Source: Chloroflexota bacterium (GTDB lineage: Bacteria; Chloroflexota; UBA11872; VXOZ01). From it: a stretch of 64,000 bases of DNA. Under the pieces are notes generated by a model. That model had not been told where the DNA came from and did no database searches. It saw only the letters and a program-made list of their open reading frames with translations. Each line of letters starts with the position of its first letter. Position 1 is the stretch's first letter. Shown here one piece after another: positions 1-10,000 of the stretch. Location: positions 320,001-384,000 of the forward strand of contig CAXXVD010000001.1 of NCBI GenBank assembly GCA_963662335.2, given 5' to 3'. Both the position numbers and the translations under genes were made by a program.

Positions 1-56
1 CTGTTTCAGGAGTCCCCTCTCCCTTGACGGGAGAGGGTTAGGGTGAGGATGATTCT

Positions 57-251
57 CAATTCTGTCGCATTAGACAGATCGACTGCAAGACTCGCGTACA
101 AGCTCTCCGGTAGCGCAGGTTTGTAACCTGCGTCTTGGCAGGGCCAAGATGTCGGCGTCGTCTGCCGGAGGGAGATTTGCGGCGATCGCCCTTTGTGCCT
201 TGCACACCGGCGGGGGACAAGCCCCCGCGCTACGTCCATACGACGGCATTG
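57..251 (-). mobile_element. IS4-like MITE (copy 1)
   Basis: Ends caattctgtcgcatta / ccatacgacggcattg match the ends of the 41617-41779 copy; flanks ggatgattct/gggtgattct (9/10 direct repeat); two REP palindromes inside. Confidence 0.65.
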
Positions 252-400
252 GGGTGATTCTTGCTGCTACAACCGCCTTGCCACACTTTGGTCGCCGGCT
301 TTACCCCTCGCGCCGGCGCAGGTTACAAACCCGCGCTACCGAAAAAATAGCGGCCACCAACCTAAATCCACTGACGTTACCACAAAGACTGCGTGTCACT

Positions 401-560
401 GTCCGTCATTCCAAGCGCACCAACATCATTCCGAGCGCGCCCACGTCATTCCGAGCGCACCCACGTCATTCCGAGCGCACCCACGTCATTCCGAGCGCAC
501 CCACGTCATTCCGAGCGCGTCCACGTCATTATGAGCGCACCCACGTCATTCCGAGCGCAG
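401..560 (+). repeat. 20-bp tandem repeat x8 (ccacgtcattccgagcgcac) running into a REP
   Basis: Eight consecutive 20-bp units with no spacers. Confidence 0.95.
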
Positions 561-637
561 CGAGGAATCTAGAGCGCTGAGGCCATCCGACTGCGTGCGG
601 CATGGGCACGAGATTCCTCGCCGCGCTCGGAATGACA
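545..637. repeat. REP family A inverted pair (gtcattccgagcgcagcgaggaatct ... agattcctcgc.gcgctcggaatgac)
   Basis: Recurs near 3887-3979, 10046-10120, 16893-16985, 20992-21095, 23067-23092, 32132-32256. Confidence 0.9.
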
Positions 638-712
638 TGAGGAGTCAAGTGGCCAAGGAATGCGTCAATACGCGCAGGCACGACATCGGCTCCGTGTCCG
701 CTTGGGCCTTCA

Positions 713-1738
713 CTACACGACTATATCTACCGCTTCACCGTTCTTCTCCAGCGACTCATATATCGCCCACGTCACGGCCAGCGCGATGCGCCCGTCCTCC
801 GCGCTCGCCAGCACCGGCTCCTCGCCGCGGATTGCCCGTATCGCGTGTTGGGTCAAGAGCAACTGGGTGTCGCCGGTGTACGGCCCGAACTCTTCGACGG
901 CGCCGCCTTCGCGCAGGATCTTGAAGCCGGCGCTGGGGCGGCCCGGCGCCAGCGCGCCCTGCGGACCGAGGATGTCGTCCATCCGCCCCGGCGGCTGCAC
1001 GCCCGGCGGCAAGCCCCACGAGATGCTGAACGCCGCCAGGTCGCCGCTGCCGTACTCCAGCGCCACCGTCGCCGTATCCGGCGCTTTGTGCTCGAAGTGG
1101 GCGATTTCCGGCCGGTCCTGGGCGAACGTAAACCCGTGGGCGCTCACCCGCACCGGGTCCGTGCCGGTGAGCCAGCGCCAGTAATCGTAGTAGTGGGTCA
1201 TGAAATCGTTGAGCGGGCCGCCGTTGCCCCGGTCCATGTCGTGCATGGCCAGTTTGGGACGGATGTGGGTGGCGGAATGCAGGCGGAACATCAGCGGGCC
1301 GCCGAGCGCCCGCTCGCGGATGCACTGCCGCACCGCAGCCGGAGCGTCGCCAAAGCGGCTCTGGTAGTTGACCACGTAGACGACGCCGGCCGTCTCCAGC
1401 GCCGCAATCATGCGGTCGGCCTGGTCCAGCCGCATGGCAATCGGCTTTTCGCTGAGCATGTGCTTGCCGCGCGCGGCGGCAAAGAGCGTGACCTCTTCGT
1501 GATAGTAGGCCGGCGTGCAGATGGAGACCACGTCGACGTCGTCGCGTCCCACCGCGTCGCGATAGTCGCTGAAGACGTGCGGCGCGTCATAGGCCGCGGC
1601 AAGCTCCCGCGCGCGGTCCTCCAGCACGTCCACCACCGCGACTACTTCCGCCTCGCCGGACGCCGTCCACGCCTTGGCGTGGGCATTGCCCCGCGCGCCG
1701 GTGCCGACGATACAGACGCGATACTTGTCGTTAGCCAT
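713..1738 (-). CDS. Gfo/Idh/MocA family oxidoreductase
   Basis: VGTGARG Rossmann motif, EKP motif, GGPLNDFMTH. Confidence 0.9.
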   Translation of the reverse strand: MANDKYRVCIVGTGARGNAHAKAWTASGEAEVVAVVDVLEDRARELAAAYDAPHVFSDYRDAVGRDDVDVVSICTPAYYHEEVTLFAAARGKHMLSEKPIAMRLDQADRMIAALETAGVVYVVNYQSRFGDAPAAVRQCIRERALGGPLMFRLHSATHIRPKLAMHDMDRGNGGPLNDFMTHYYDYWRWLTGTDPVRVSAHGFTFAQDRPEIAHFEHKAPDTATVALEYGSGDLAAFSISWGLPPGVQPPGRMDDILGPQGALAPGRPSAGFKILREGGAVEEFGPYTGDTQLLLTQHAIRAIRGEEPVLASAEDGRIALAVTWAIYESLEKNGEAVDIVV

Positions 1739-1961
1739 ATGCTGTGCCGCTCCTCTCCGTCAATCTCGTACCTGTCGTTCTCACAGCTCGGTTCTTACAA
1801 GGAATAGTCCCGTGCCTGAGTTGCAGTCTTCTCTCCTGCCGCATGTGCTCTAGCATGGGACTTGCCAGCATGTATGTCAACGCGGAGCGGGAAGCCGGTC
1901 TGTTAGTATAATTGGGATAGTACTCTGACTGGCGCCGATCATTCCCATCGAGGAGAACAAG

Positions 1962-2351
1962 ATGTCCATCAACGCCACGTTCAAGATAACAGGCTGGGAC
2001 GAAGAGCCGTTTGACGAACCGGAGGACGGGCCGAAGCTGACCCGGGCGCACATAACGAAGTCTTTGCACGGTGATCTGTCCGGGACAGGCAACCTCATGT
2101 ACGTAATGACGTATCTGGACATTGGCAACGCCTCGTTCATCGGTTTCGAGAAGGTTGTAGGCAGCTTAGGTGGGCGGACAGGCAGTTTCGTGCTCCGGCA
2201 CACCGGGTCTTACGACGGCGAAAAGGCCACGGCCGAGTACGAGGTGGTACCAGGGTCGGGCACCGGCGAGCTCACCGGGCTTGCGGGCACTGGCGGGTTC
2301 TCCGCCGGAGATGCCGCGGAGCACGACATGACGTTCGACTATGAGGTTTAA
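1962..2351 (+). CDS. DUF3224-like beta-barrel protein
   Basis: RBS gaggag; G.L.GR.GSFVL.H.G and VVPGSGTGELTGL motifs. Confidence 0.8.
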   Translation: MSINATFKITGWDEEPFDEPEDGPKLTRAHITKSLHGDLSGTGNLMYVMTYLDIGNASFIGFEKVVGSLGGRTGSFVLRHTGSYDGEKATAEYEVVPGSGTGELTGLAGTGGFSAGDAAEHDMTFDYEV

Positions 2352-2469
2352 CTCGCACCCCGCAGTCGGCTGATGCCTGGAAGCCGCTAGCGTTCAAGAA
2401 CCCCTCTTCGCAGAACAAACGAGTGGGCCGGCGGCAGGAAATGACTTACTCGCACAATAGCCAACCACA

Positions 2470-3648
2470 TTACCACCGCGGCCGCATGGGCAGCCAATTC
2501 GGATCGCGCTCTTGCATAGCGGACACGTCGTCTCTTCCCGCCGCCTTGTTCTGCACGTAACGCTCGTGGGCCGCCTGCAAACGGTCGTCGTCCAACTCCA
2601 CGCCCAGTCCCGGCCCGGTGGGCACCGGAAACGCGCCGTCGATGAATTGCAGCGGCGCGCCCTGCACGATGTCGTCGTCCTCATTCCACGGGTAGTGTGT
2701 GTCCGAAGCGTAGATGAGGTTCGGCGCGGCGGCGGCCCAATGGGTCATGGCCGCCAGGGAAATCCCCGTGTGGCTGTTGCTGTGCTGCGAGAGGCCCAGG
2801 CGAAACGTCTCGCAAATCTTCGCCAGTTGGAGCGAGGCCAACATGCCGCCCCAGTGGTGGTGATCGGCCAGCACTACCTGCACCGCGTCCATCTCTACGG
2901 CCGGCGCGACGTGGGGAAAGGCGGTGACCACCATATTCGTAGACAAGGGAATCGGCGTCGCCTGCGCCACGGCCGCCATGCCGGCCAGGTCCGGCGCCGG
3001 GTCCTCAAGATACTCCAGGTCCAGGTCTTCCACCCAACCGGCGAAGCGGATGCTGGTCTCCACCGACCAGATGGCGTTCGGGTCGATGCGCAGTTCGTGT
3101 TCCGGGAAGCGCTCGCGCAGCAGATGCATGGTCTCCGCTTCCTCTGCCGGCGGCAGCACCCCGCCTTTCAGCTTGAGCGTCTGAAACCCGTAGCGGTCCA
3201 CGAACGTCTCCGCCTGAACCACAAGCTGCTCCGGACTCATCGCCTCGCCCCACTCGTCATCGCCTGCGTACTTGTAGAAGAGATAGGCCGAGTAGTCCAC
3301 AACGTCGCGTATCTTGCCGCCGAGCACGTCGCACACGGGCCGGCCGCTCTCCTTGCCCAGCAGGTCGAGCATGGCGGTCTCGTACGCGGCAAAGACCCCG
3401 GGATTGTTGATGAGGATGCGCGTGCGATTGAATTGGGCCGGGTCCTGGCCTCGCACGATGGCGGCGGCGCTTTGCAGTTTGCCCACGATCTCCTCGCCGC
3501 CGTAGGTCTCGCCCCAGCCCACTAAGCCGTCATCCGTTTCAAGCCGCACGATCGAGCGCAGCGCCACCGGCTCGTGCACGCCCCACGAATTGCGCAACGG
3601 CGGGTCGCTAAGAGCTATGGGGATTATGTCAACATCAACGATGCGCAT
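2470..3648 (-). CDS. Enolase superfamily, glucarate dehydratase-like
   Basis: KLKGG, RIDPN, EYLEDP, LSTN, HSNSH.G motifs; start trimmed to the ATG of MRIVDV after an RBS. Confidence 0.85.
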   Translation of the reverse strand: MRIVDVDIIPIALSDPPLRNSWGVHEPVALRSIVRLETDDGLVGWGETYGGEEIVGKLQSAAAIVRGQDPAQFNRTRILINNPGVFAAYETAMLDLLGKESGRPVCDVLGGKIRDVVDYSAYLFYKYAGDDEWGEAMSPEQLVVQAETFVDRYGFQTLKLKGGVLPPAEEAETMHLLRERFPEHELRIDPNAIWSVETSIRFAGWVEDLDLEYLEDPAPDLAGMAAVAQATPIPLSTNMVVTAFPHVAPAVEMDAVQVVLADHHHWGGMLASLQLAKICETFRLGLSQHSNSHTGISLAAMTHWAAAAPNLIYASDTHYPWNEDDDIVQGAPLQFIDGAFPVPTGPGLGVELDDDRLQAAHERYVQNKAAGRDDVSAMQERDPNWLPMRPRW

Positions 3649-3849
3649 CGGTTTCTTCTCCTCAATTCCGCCAAACTGTACTGCTTGAAACTGTAAACGT
3701 CCGCTTGCCGGTGCACGCACTATCCATCAATTGCCTACCGTAGCGCGGGGGCTTGTCCCCCGCTCGGCACGCCATTCTCCCACGCCCATCGGATGGTTTC
3801 CCGCTTTCGCGGTAATGACCGAACCTGTTCCGCTCTCTCCCCGTAGCGC

Positions 3850-4000
3850 GGTTGACAGGGTTAGGTATTTCATAGTCGACCTCACCTGTCATTCCGAACG
3901 GAGCGCAGCGGAGTGAGGAATCTAGAGTGCAGCCCTGCAAAACCAGCATCTCTAGATTCCTCGCTGCGCTCGGAATGACATCTTTGCTCCCCTGTCAGCC
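3850..4000. mobile_element. 151-bp MITE with ggYtgacaggg/ccctgtcagcc ends
   Basis: 11-bp terminal inverted repeats, 7-bp duplication gtagcgc, internal REP A pair; same-length copy at 16873-17023. Confidence 0.8.
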
Positions 4001-4074
4001 GTAGCGCGGGGGCTTGTCCCCCGCCTCTTGGCACGTAGCGAGAACCCGTTCCTTGGCCAGGCGATTCGCCTGCG

Positions 4075-4941
4075 CTAGAGCACTGACGAAAGCTCAACCC
4101 GCTCGCCAGTCTCGCCGGACTGCTTCGCCGCCACCAACATCGCAATAACCTCCAGCATTTCCGCGTGCGGGATTGGATTCTCCCGGGTCTGAATCATCCG
4201 CACCACCGCGCGCATCTGCTCGGCGTAGAAAAAGCTGGCGTCGCGCACGGAAATCTCAGCGGTTCCCTCCGTGCCGTAGACGTTGAGCAGGAACCCGTAG
4301 CGCGCCGTGCGGATAATCTGCATGGTGACCGCGCGGCCGTCGGCGTAGCGCACGTGGACGAGGTCGTATTCGTCGGTGTACTCGTTGCGCACCCACGCGA
4401 TGCCCGGCCCCATGACCGTGTAGAAGAGTTCCGCCGCGTGGATGCCGTAGTAGACGAGTTCATTCGGGCCGGTGGCCACGGCCACGCGCGTCTCGCCCAC
4501 CAGTTCCTCTTCCCGCGCCTTAAACTCGATGACTTCCCGCGCGTAGCGGAGCGCCGACGACGACATGAGCGGCGTATTGTGCGCCCGCGCCAGCCGCACC
4601 ATTTCTTTCGCGTGTTCGACACCGAGCGCGAAAGGCTTGTCCACGAACGTCGGCACGCCGGCCTCCAGGTACGGCCGCGCCAGTTCCAGGTGGGTGTCGC
4701 CGGGATCTTCCAGCACCAGCACGCCGTCGGCCTTGCCGATTGCCGCGGTCGGCTCGTCGAGCACGGTGTCCAACCCGTGCTCGGCCACGAATTCCTCCGC
4801 CGCCGCGCGGTCGCGGTCCCAGAGCATGGAAATGCGGGCCACACCGTTCAGGCCTACCCCGTTGGGATTCTCCTCATTGATTAGCTGGGAAAAAGAACGC
4901 GGATGCTGGGGGCTAAGTCCGATGATGGCGAGTTGGAGCAT
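4075..4941 (-). CDS. Gfo/Idh/MocA family oxidoreductase
   Basis: PTFVDKP, MSSSALRY, YYGIH motifs. Confidence 0.85.
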   Translation of the reverse strand: MLQLAIIGLSPQHPRSFSQLINEENPNGVGLNGVARISMLWDRDRAAAEEFVAEHGLDTVLDEPTAAIGKADGVLVLEDPGDTHLELARPYLEAGVPTFVDKPFALGVEHAKEMVRLARAHNTPLMSSSALRYAREVIEFKAREEELVGETRVAVATGPNELVYYGIHAAELFYTVMGPGIAWVRNEYTDEYDLVHVRYADGRAVTMQIIRTARYGFLLNVYGTEGTAEISVRDASFFYAEQMRAVVRMIQTRENPIPHAEMLEVIAMLVAAKQSGETGERVELSSVL

Positions 4942-5110
4942 GGGGCGCTTCCTTTCACGCAGTAGATCGCTTCGGGTTCCCTAGTGGATAGGACTAATGA
5001 TACTCTACTGCCAAATCGGGCGCACAGCCACGTTGGCAGGAGAATCAGCCAGCCGCAGTAGAGTGGTGACCGATCTGCAACTCTCCCATCAGTCACGCGC
5101 TCTCGCTTGG

Positions 5111-5854
5111 TCAACTTCCAGAGTCCATCTTCTCGTAGACGGACACGTGGGAACCGCTACGGGCGGTGAACGGCGCGCCTTGCCAGTCGCCCCATCGCTC
5201 GCGCAGACGGAGCCCGGCCAGGCGTGCCATCAGGTCCAGCTCCGACGGCCAGACGTAGCGGAGACGCCCGGGGTACATGCGGATACCGTCCTCCGTCAGA
5301 TGCAGGTGGCGGAAGTCTATCAACTGGTTCACGGCGTCGTGGATCGAGACGTCTAGCCGGACGGAGGCGAGGTCGGGCAGGCTCGCGCGCAGGTGTTGGT
5401 TTTCGTCGTAGCGGGAAACGTCCGGGACAAAGGCGTGCACCAGGAAGACGCCGGACTCATCCAGATGAGACGCGACGTTTGCAAAGCACCTGACCTGCTC
5501 CTCTTGGGTCGTGAGCATGAGAAAGGTATTGTTGATGACGAAGACGAGCGCGAAAGCGCCCGCAACCGCAACGTCGGCGAAGTCTCCAATCGTCACCGGC
5601 AGCGCCTCTCCCCCATCTTTAGCGCGGAGTTCATCGACCATTGCCTGGGAAGACTCTATTCCGTGTACTTTCAATCCTCGCGCTGCGAGGGGAAGCGCGT
5701 ACGTTCCCGTCCCAATCCCGAGCTCGAGCGCCCGGCCGCCTGCCGCCAGTTCCGCGAGCGCGTCGACCCGCTCCGCTACGTTTGCCGGTTTATAGAACTC
5801 ATCGTAGACGCCGGCGATGCGGTCTCCATACGTTGCGGCCGAATACTCGTTCAC
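5111..5854 (-). CDS. Class I SAM-dependent methyltransferase
   Basis: LELGIGTG motif I; GTG start after gagagg. Confidence 0.85.
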   Translation of the reverse strand: MNEYSAATYGDRIAGVYDEFYKPANVAERVDALAELAAGGRALELGIGTGTYALPLAARGLKVHGIESSQAMVDELRAKDGGEALPVTIGDFADVAVAGAFALVFVINNTFLMLTTQEEQVRCFANVASHLDESGVFLVHAFVPDVSRYDENQHLRASLPDLASVRLDVSIHDAVNQLIDFRHLHLTEDGIRMYPGRLRYVWPSELDLMARLAGLRLRERWGDWQGAPFTARSGSHVSVYEKMDSGS

Positions 5855-5880
5855 GGCACTTTCCTCTCTGCTTGTACATC

Positions 5881-5918
5881 CAAACAAAACAAAAGGCCTC
5901 CCACGCTTAGGGAGGCCT
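5881..5918 (-). terminator. Intrinsic terminator in the methyltransferase leader
   Basis: 9-bp stem aggcctccc/gggaggcct followed on the minus strand by tttgttttgttt. Confidence 0.8.
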
Positions 5919-5947
5919 CGATGACTTGGTAATTTAGTGCGCGGTCG

Positions 5948-6040
5948 CTACGTCCTCCCCAATACGCATAGCCGCGGCCGCGGCGCCGCCGCGTCGCTGG
6001 CTTTCATCGGGAGGTTGTAGGCCGCAGTTTCCATATCCAT
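5948..6040 (-). CDS. Putative 30-aa leader peptide MDMETAAYNLPMKASDAAAPRPRLCVLGRT
   Basis: RBS aagga; upstream TTGCCA-18-CATACT promoter-like sequence; stop codon shortly before the terminator. Confidence 0.5.
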   Translation of the reverse strand: MDMETAAYNLPMKASDAAAPRPRLCVLGRT

Positions 6041-6239
6041 AGTCCTTCTACGCACAACGGAAGTATGGCACAGGTCTCCCTTGCCTGGCAACCATCCAAC
6101 TCTGATGTAGAGAGCGACTCTACGCAGATGCGCTTGCCACATTGCCAAACATTTGCCATACTATTCGCGTATAGTTGGCTCTTTCCCTTAGGTACGGGAG
6201 AGAGTCGGTGGTCTGTGTAGTGCGCAGAGGAGGCCAACC

Positions 6240-7637
6240 ATGCGTACCTCAAGACGGCAGATACTCGGAACCGGCATCGGCATTGCCGGCGGCGCGGCGC
6301 TGCTGGCCGCGTGCGGCACGGCCGCGGCGCCCATGGAGGATGCTCCAAAAGAAGAAGCGGCAGCGCCTAAGGAAGAAGAGAAACCCGCGGCGCCCATGGA
6401 GGCCAGTGAGGTCGTCTACTGGTCGCTCACGTCCGCGTGGGGTTCCTTCAATGAGGAGATTGGCGCGGAGCTCGTGGCGGAGTTCAACGAGACCTTCGCG
6501 GCTTACAACGTCACCACCGTTCCCAAGTCCGGCAGGGACAATCGCGACACGCTGCCCGCGGCGGTAGCCGGCGGCGCGGCGCCCGATATGGCGTTCCAGG
6601 ACCGCTACATTCCCAAGACCATGGCGGTGAACGGCATCGTGCGCGACATCACGGACATGGTCAAGATGTCCTCCATCATCAACACCGCCGACATGTGGGA
6701 GCGCATCCTCAACGACGTCACCTACCGCGGCCACCACTTCGGCCTGCCGTGGTCCGCGGACGTGCGCACGCTCTTCCACAATAACGACGCGCTGCTGGAA
6801 GTGGGACTGGATCCCGAAAACCCGCCCGCCACGTGGGACGATTTCCACGAAGCCATCAATCTGACTTTCAAGAAAGACGGCGGCAACATCGAGCGTCTCG
6901 GCTTCGTGCCGTTGTGGGGCAGCGGCGGCGCGCTGGCCGGCTGGATGATCCCCTACTGGCAGCAGGGCGGCAATCTGACGTCAGCCGACGACAGCACGTC
7001 CACCATGGACAACGAGATGATGGTGGCTGCATTCGAGCATACCTTGCGTATGTACGAGGCCCAGGACGGCTACGACGCCATCGGGGAGTTCCGGGGCGAC
7101 ATTCGCCCGCAGCAGATCTTCATCGACAGCAAGCTGGCGATGTACTTCGAGATCTATGACATCCCGAATTTCCCCGACTACCGCGAAGGGTTTGCGGCGC
7201 TCAGCTACGGCCTGACCGTCGAGCCGATCCCGCCCGGCGGCACGCCCGCGACCTACGGCGGCGGCGGCTCCAAGGTGCTGCCGAACGCTTCGGCCAATCC
7301 CGAGGGCGCGTTCGCGTTTCTCGAGTGGCTCTACGACGCGCCGCAGGAGTTGCGCTTCAACGACGAGAAAGGGCGCATTCCGGTGCAGAAAGCAATCGCC
7401 AACAGCCCCGAGTGGACCAAGGACGACCCGCTGCGCCTCCAGGCCGCAATCGAGATGGCCGGCGCGCACTGGGTGGTGACCGCCCCCGGCGGCATCCAGA
7501 TCCTCGGCCTGCACGTGGCCCTGCCGCGCACCATCTACCAGGGCGAGAAGACCATCCAGGAAGCAATCGCCGAGACCAACGAGCAGACCCAGATCGTTCT
7601 GGACGAGACGCTCGCCAACTCGGTGCTGGACTTCTAA
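6240..7637 (+). CDS. ABC transporter extracellular solute-binding lipoprotein (sugar-type)
   Basis: Tat-like SRRQIL plus lipobox LAAC; GLDPENPPATWD motif. Confidence 0.9.
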   Translation: MRTSRRQILGTGIGIAGGAALLAACGTAAAPMEDAPKEEAAAPKEEEKPAAPMEASEVVYWSLTSAWGSFNEEIGAELVAEFNETFAAYNVTTVPKSGRDNRDTLPAAVAGGAAPDMAFQDRYIPKTMAVNGIVRDITDMVKMSSIINTADMWERILNDVTYRGHHFGLPWSADVRTLFHNNDALLEVGLDPENPPATWDDFHEAINLTFKKDGGNIERLGFVPLWGSGGALAGWMIPYWQQGGNLTSADDSTSTMDNEMMVAAFEHTLRMYEAQDGYDAIGEFRGDIRPQQIFIDSKLAMYFEIYDIPNFPDYREGFAALSYGLTVEPIPPGGTPATYGGGGSKVLPNASANPEGAFAFLEWLYDAPQELRFNDEKGRIPVQKAIANSPEWTKDDPLRLQAAIEMAGAHWVVTAPGGIQILGLHVALPRTIYQGEKTIQEAIAETNEQTQIVLDETLANSVLDF

Positions 7638-7701
7638 GGAGCTACGCGTCGAGCGGAGCGCGTTGACGAAGGACTAGCGCTCCTCAAACCGCGTCAAAGC
7701 A

Positions 7702-7739
7702 CACAAGGAGGGCAATCCTTAGGGATTGCCCTCCTTGTG
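7702..7739. terminator. 17-bp perfect hairpin between convergent genes
   Basis: cacaaggagggcaatcc-ttag-ggattgccctccttgtg. Confidence 0.75.
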
Positions 7740-7778
7740 ATTCGTCTGCGCGGGCGTGTTGGCCTACGTCAGACTTGC

Positions 7779-7964
7779 TTAGCTCTCTCTATCTTCAGGC
7801 GGCGCTCTGAAACCCGCCTCTAGCATGCCTTCGATGCGAGAGACACGGTCGGAGAGGGCGGCGATCTTGTCCGAAAGTCGCGCTTCCATGCGCCACATCA
7901 TGCCGATTGCCGCCACAACGGCTACTGTGATTGAAATCAAGTCCTGAACGTTAATCTCACTCAT
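7779..7964 (-). CDS. Small N-terminal TM plus coiled-coil protein (RVSRIEG)
   Basis: Purine-rich RBS; hydrophobic helix then LSDRVSRIEGML; similar to 62540-62890. Confidence 0.7.
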   Translation of the reverse strand: MSEINVQDLISITVAVVAAIGMMWRMEARLSDKIAALSDRVSRIEGMLEAGFRAPPEDRES

Positions 7965-8153
7965 TCTTTCCCCCTCAATCTCCACTCTATCACAGGAGCG
8001 CTCTTCTCTATACGGGACTCAATTCACCGAGCGGGTCAGAAGTCTTGTGGCGCGCCACCTCGTGACCTGCTTGCCTTGACAAAGCCGCGCGAATAGATTG
8101 TACTGTAGCCAAGTCTCGCCTGTAGTATTGTTGAAACATTGGGAGGATACGCA

Positions 8154-9200
8154 ATGGCAAACGATGGCAAGCTAGGCGTCGGCGTGGTCGGCATTGGCTG
8201 GGTCTCGCACCAGCACATCGACACGCTGGTCACGAACCCGAACACCGAGGTGGTGGGGCTGTGCAGCGGCAGCCGGGAGAACGCGGAGAACGCCAAGGAA
8301 GAGCACGGGCTGGCCAACGCCCACGTCTACACCGACTACGAGCAGATGCTGAAGCAGGACAACTTGGACGTCATCTACATCTGCTCCACCAACGAGAAGC
8401 ACGTGCACCAGGCCGTGGCGGGCGCGGAAGCCGGCAAGCACCTGCTGATCGAGAAGCCGGCCGCGCTCAGTTGGGAAGACCTGAAAGCAATCGCGGCGGC
8501 GGTGGACAAGGCCGGCGTGGTGGCCTGCGAGGGCTTCGAACTCCACTGGAGCCCCTACTTCCTCATCGTGCACAAGCTCATCAAGGCCAACGCCTTCGGC
8601 AACATCTTCTACGGCGAGTGCGACTACTTCAGCGCCAACTGGCCGCAGTGGTACGTGGGCTACCCCTGGGTGAAGACCCGCGAGCAAGGCGGTTCCGCGC
8701 TGGCGGCCGCCGGCTGCCACGCCGTGGACGCTCTGCTCCAGTTCATGCCCGGCGAGGTGGACCACGTGGTGGGCCACTGGGGCAACTTCACCAAGACGTT
8801 CGACTGGGAAGGCACCGTGCTCAGCGTGATCAGCTACAAGGACGGCCGCATCGGTAAGGTGGGCTGCATCCTGGAGGGCAACAACCCCTATTCGTTCAAC
8901 GTGCGCCTGCACGGCGACCGGGGCACCCTGGTGGGCAATAAGTTCCACTCGGAGACACTCATCGGCGAGCGCATGACCGAGCAGACCGATTGGGCGACGT
9001 TCGAGACCATCATGCCGGATACGCCGGAGGTCTCCCACCACCCCTTCCAGCCGCAGACCGACCACTTCATCGACTGCATCCTGAACAACAAGAAGCCGGA
9101 GGTGGACATCCACGACGCCCTGAAGATCGACGAGGTCATCTTCGCGGCGGAGCGGTCGGCGAGCCTGGGCGGCGAACCGGTCAAGCTGCCGTTGGAGTAG
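8154..9200 (+). CDS. Gfo/Idh/MocA family oxidoreductase
   Basis: VGIGWV, IEKP motifs; RBS ggagg. Confidence 0.9.
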   Translation: MANDGKLGVGVVGIGWVSHQHIDTLVTNPNTEVVGLCSGSRENAENAKEEHGLANAHVYTDYEQMLKQDNLDVIYICSTNEKHVHQAVAGAEAGKHLLIEKPAALSWEDLKAIAAAVDKAGVVACEGFELHWSPYFLIVHKLIKANAFGNIFYGECDYFSANWPQWYVGYPWVKTREQGGSALAAAGCHAVDALLQFMPGEVDHVVGHWGNFTKTFDWEGTVLSVISYKDGRIGKVGCILEGNNPYSFNVRLHGDRGTLVGNKFHSETLIGERMTEQTDWATFETIMPDTPEVSHHPFQPQTDHFIDCILNNKKPEVDIHDALKIDEVIFAAERSASLGGEPVKLPLE

Positions 9201-9222
9201 CCCGAGGCAAAGCGCAACACGT

Positions 9223-9277
9223 TGAGAAAGAGCGCCGGAGAGCCTGTCCGATCGAGAGGCTCTCCGGCGGTTTCTCA
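9223..9277 (+). terminator. Terminator-like hairpin
   Basis: cgccggagagcct/aggctctccggcg stem followed by tttct. Confidence 0.6.
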
Positions 9278-9297
9278 CTCTATGTACCACTGACACC

Positions 9298-9876
9298 ATG
9301 ACTTTCTTCTCTTCCCATCGGGAACGCCGCCTCTGGCTGTGGGTGCTCGTCGTCATGGCGGCGATCTACGCCACCCTCGGCCTGGCGCAGACCCTGGCCG
9401 CAACGTTGGAAGAGCGCGGCCTGCTGGACATCTCCCTCGGCCTCTTTCTGCTCTGCATGTTCCTGGTGGCGGTAACCGTCCTCACGCAGGGTTTGAAAGT
9501 GCGGCCGGGTGGGGCGGAGGTGGCAGTCTTCATTGGCGTCGTCACCGCCTACCTGCTGGTGCTCACCCGCATGACGGTGCCGACGGAGCGCTCGCACCTC
9601 ATCGAGTACAGCATCGTCGGCGTGCTCATCTACGAAGCCCTCACCGAGCGCAAGAGCCAGGGCCGCTCCGTGCCGCTGCCGCCCGTCCTCGCGGTCCTGC
9701 TGACGGCGGCGCTGGGGGTCCTCGACGAAGGCATCCAGTGGCTGCTGCCCAACCGCGTCTTCGATCCGGTGGACATCCTCTTCAACCTGCTCGCCGGCAC
9801 CATGGCCGTGGCCGGCAGTGTGGCGTTGGCGTGGGCGCGGCGGCGGACCCCGCTCCAAAGACTTGGTCGAAGCTGA
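9298..9876 (+). CDS. VanZ-like membrane protein
   Basis: Multiple TM helices; H..EY and DE..Q..LP.R.FD..D...N motifs. Confidence 0.8.
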   Translation: MTFFSSHRERRLWLWVLVVMAAIYATLGLAQTLAATLEERGLLDISLGLFLLCMFLVAVTVLTQGLKVRPGGAEVAVFIGVVTAYLLVLTRMTVPTERSHLIEYSIVGVLIYEALTERKSQGRSVPLPPVLAVLLTAALGVLDEGIQWLLPNRVFDPVDILFNLLAGTMAVAGSVALAWARRRTPLQRLGRS

Positions 9877-9931
9877 AATTGCGTCTGCATTGGCGCCTCG
9901 AGGATTGCATGTGACCGCTTCGAAATCCCTC

Positions 9932-10000
9932 CGCCCCAAGCCTACGCGTCCCAAGCTCTCGCGTCCCAAGTTCTCGCGTCTCAAGTTCTCGCGTCCCAGG
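9932..10000 (+). repeat. Degenerate 15-bp tandem repeat (cgcgtcccaagttct) x4-5
   Basis: Direct reading. Confidence 0.8.

Noticed and set aside
401-560. CRISPR array (also considered for 25483-25718 and 47013-47199)
   Set aside because: Intervening sequences are identical or absent rather than unique spacers, and there are no cas genes in the window
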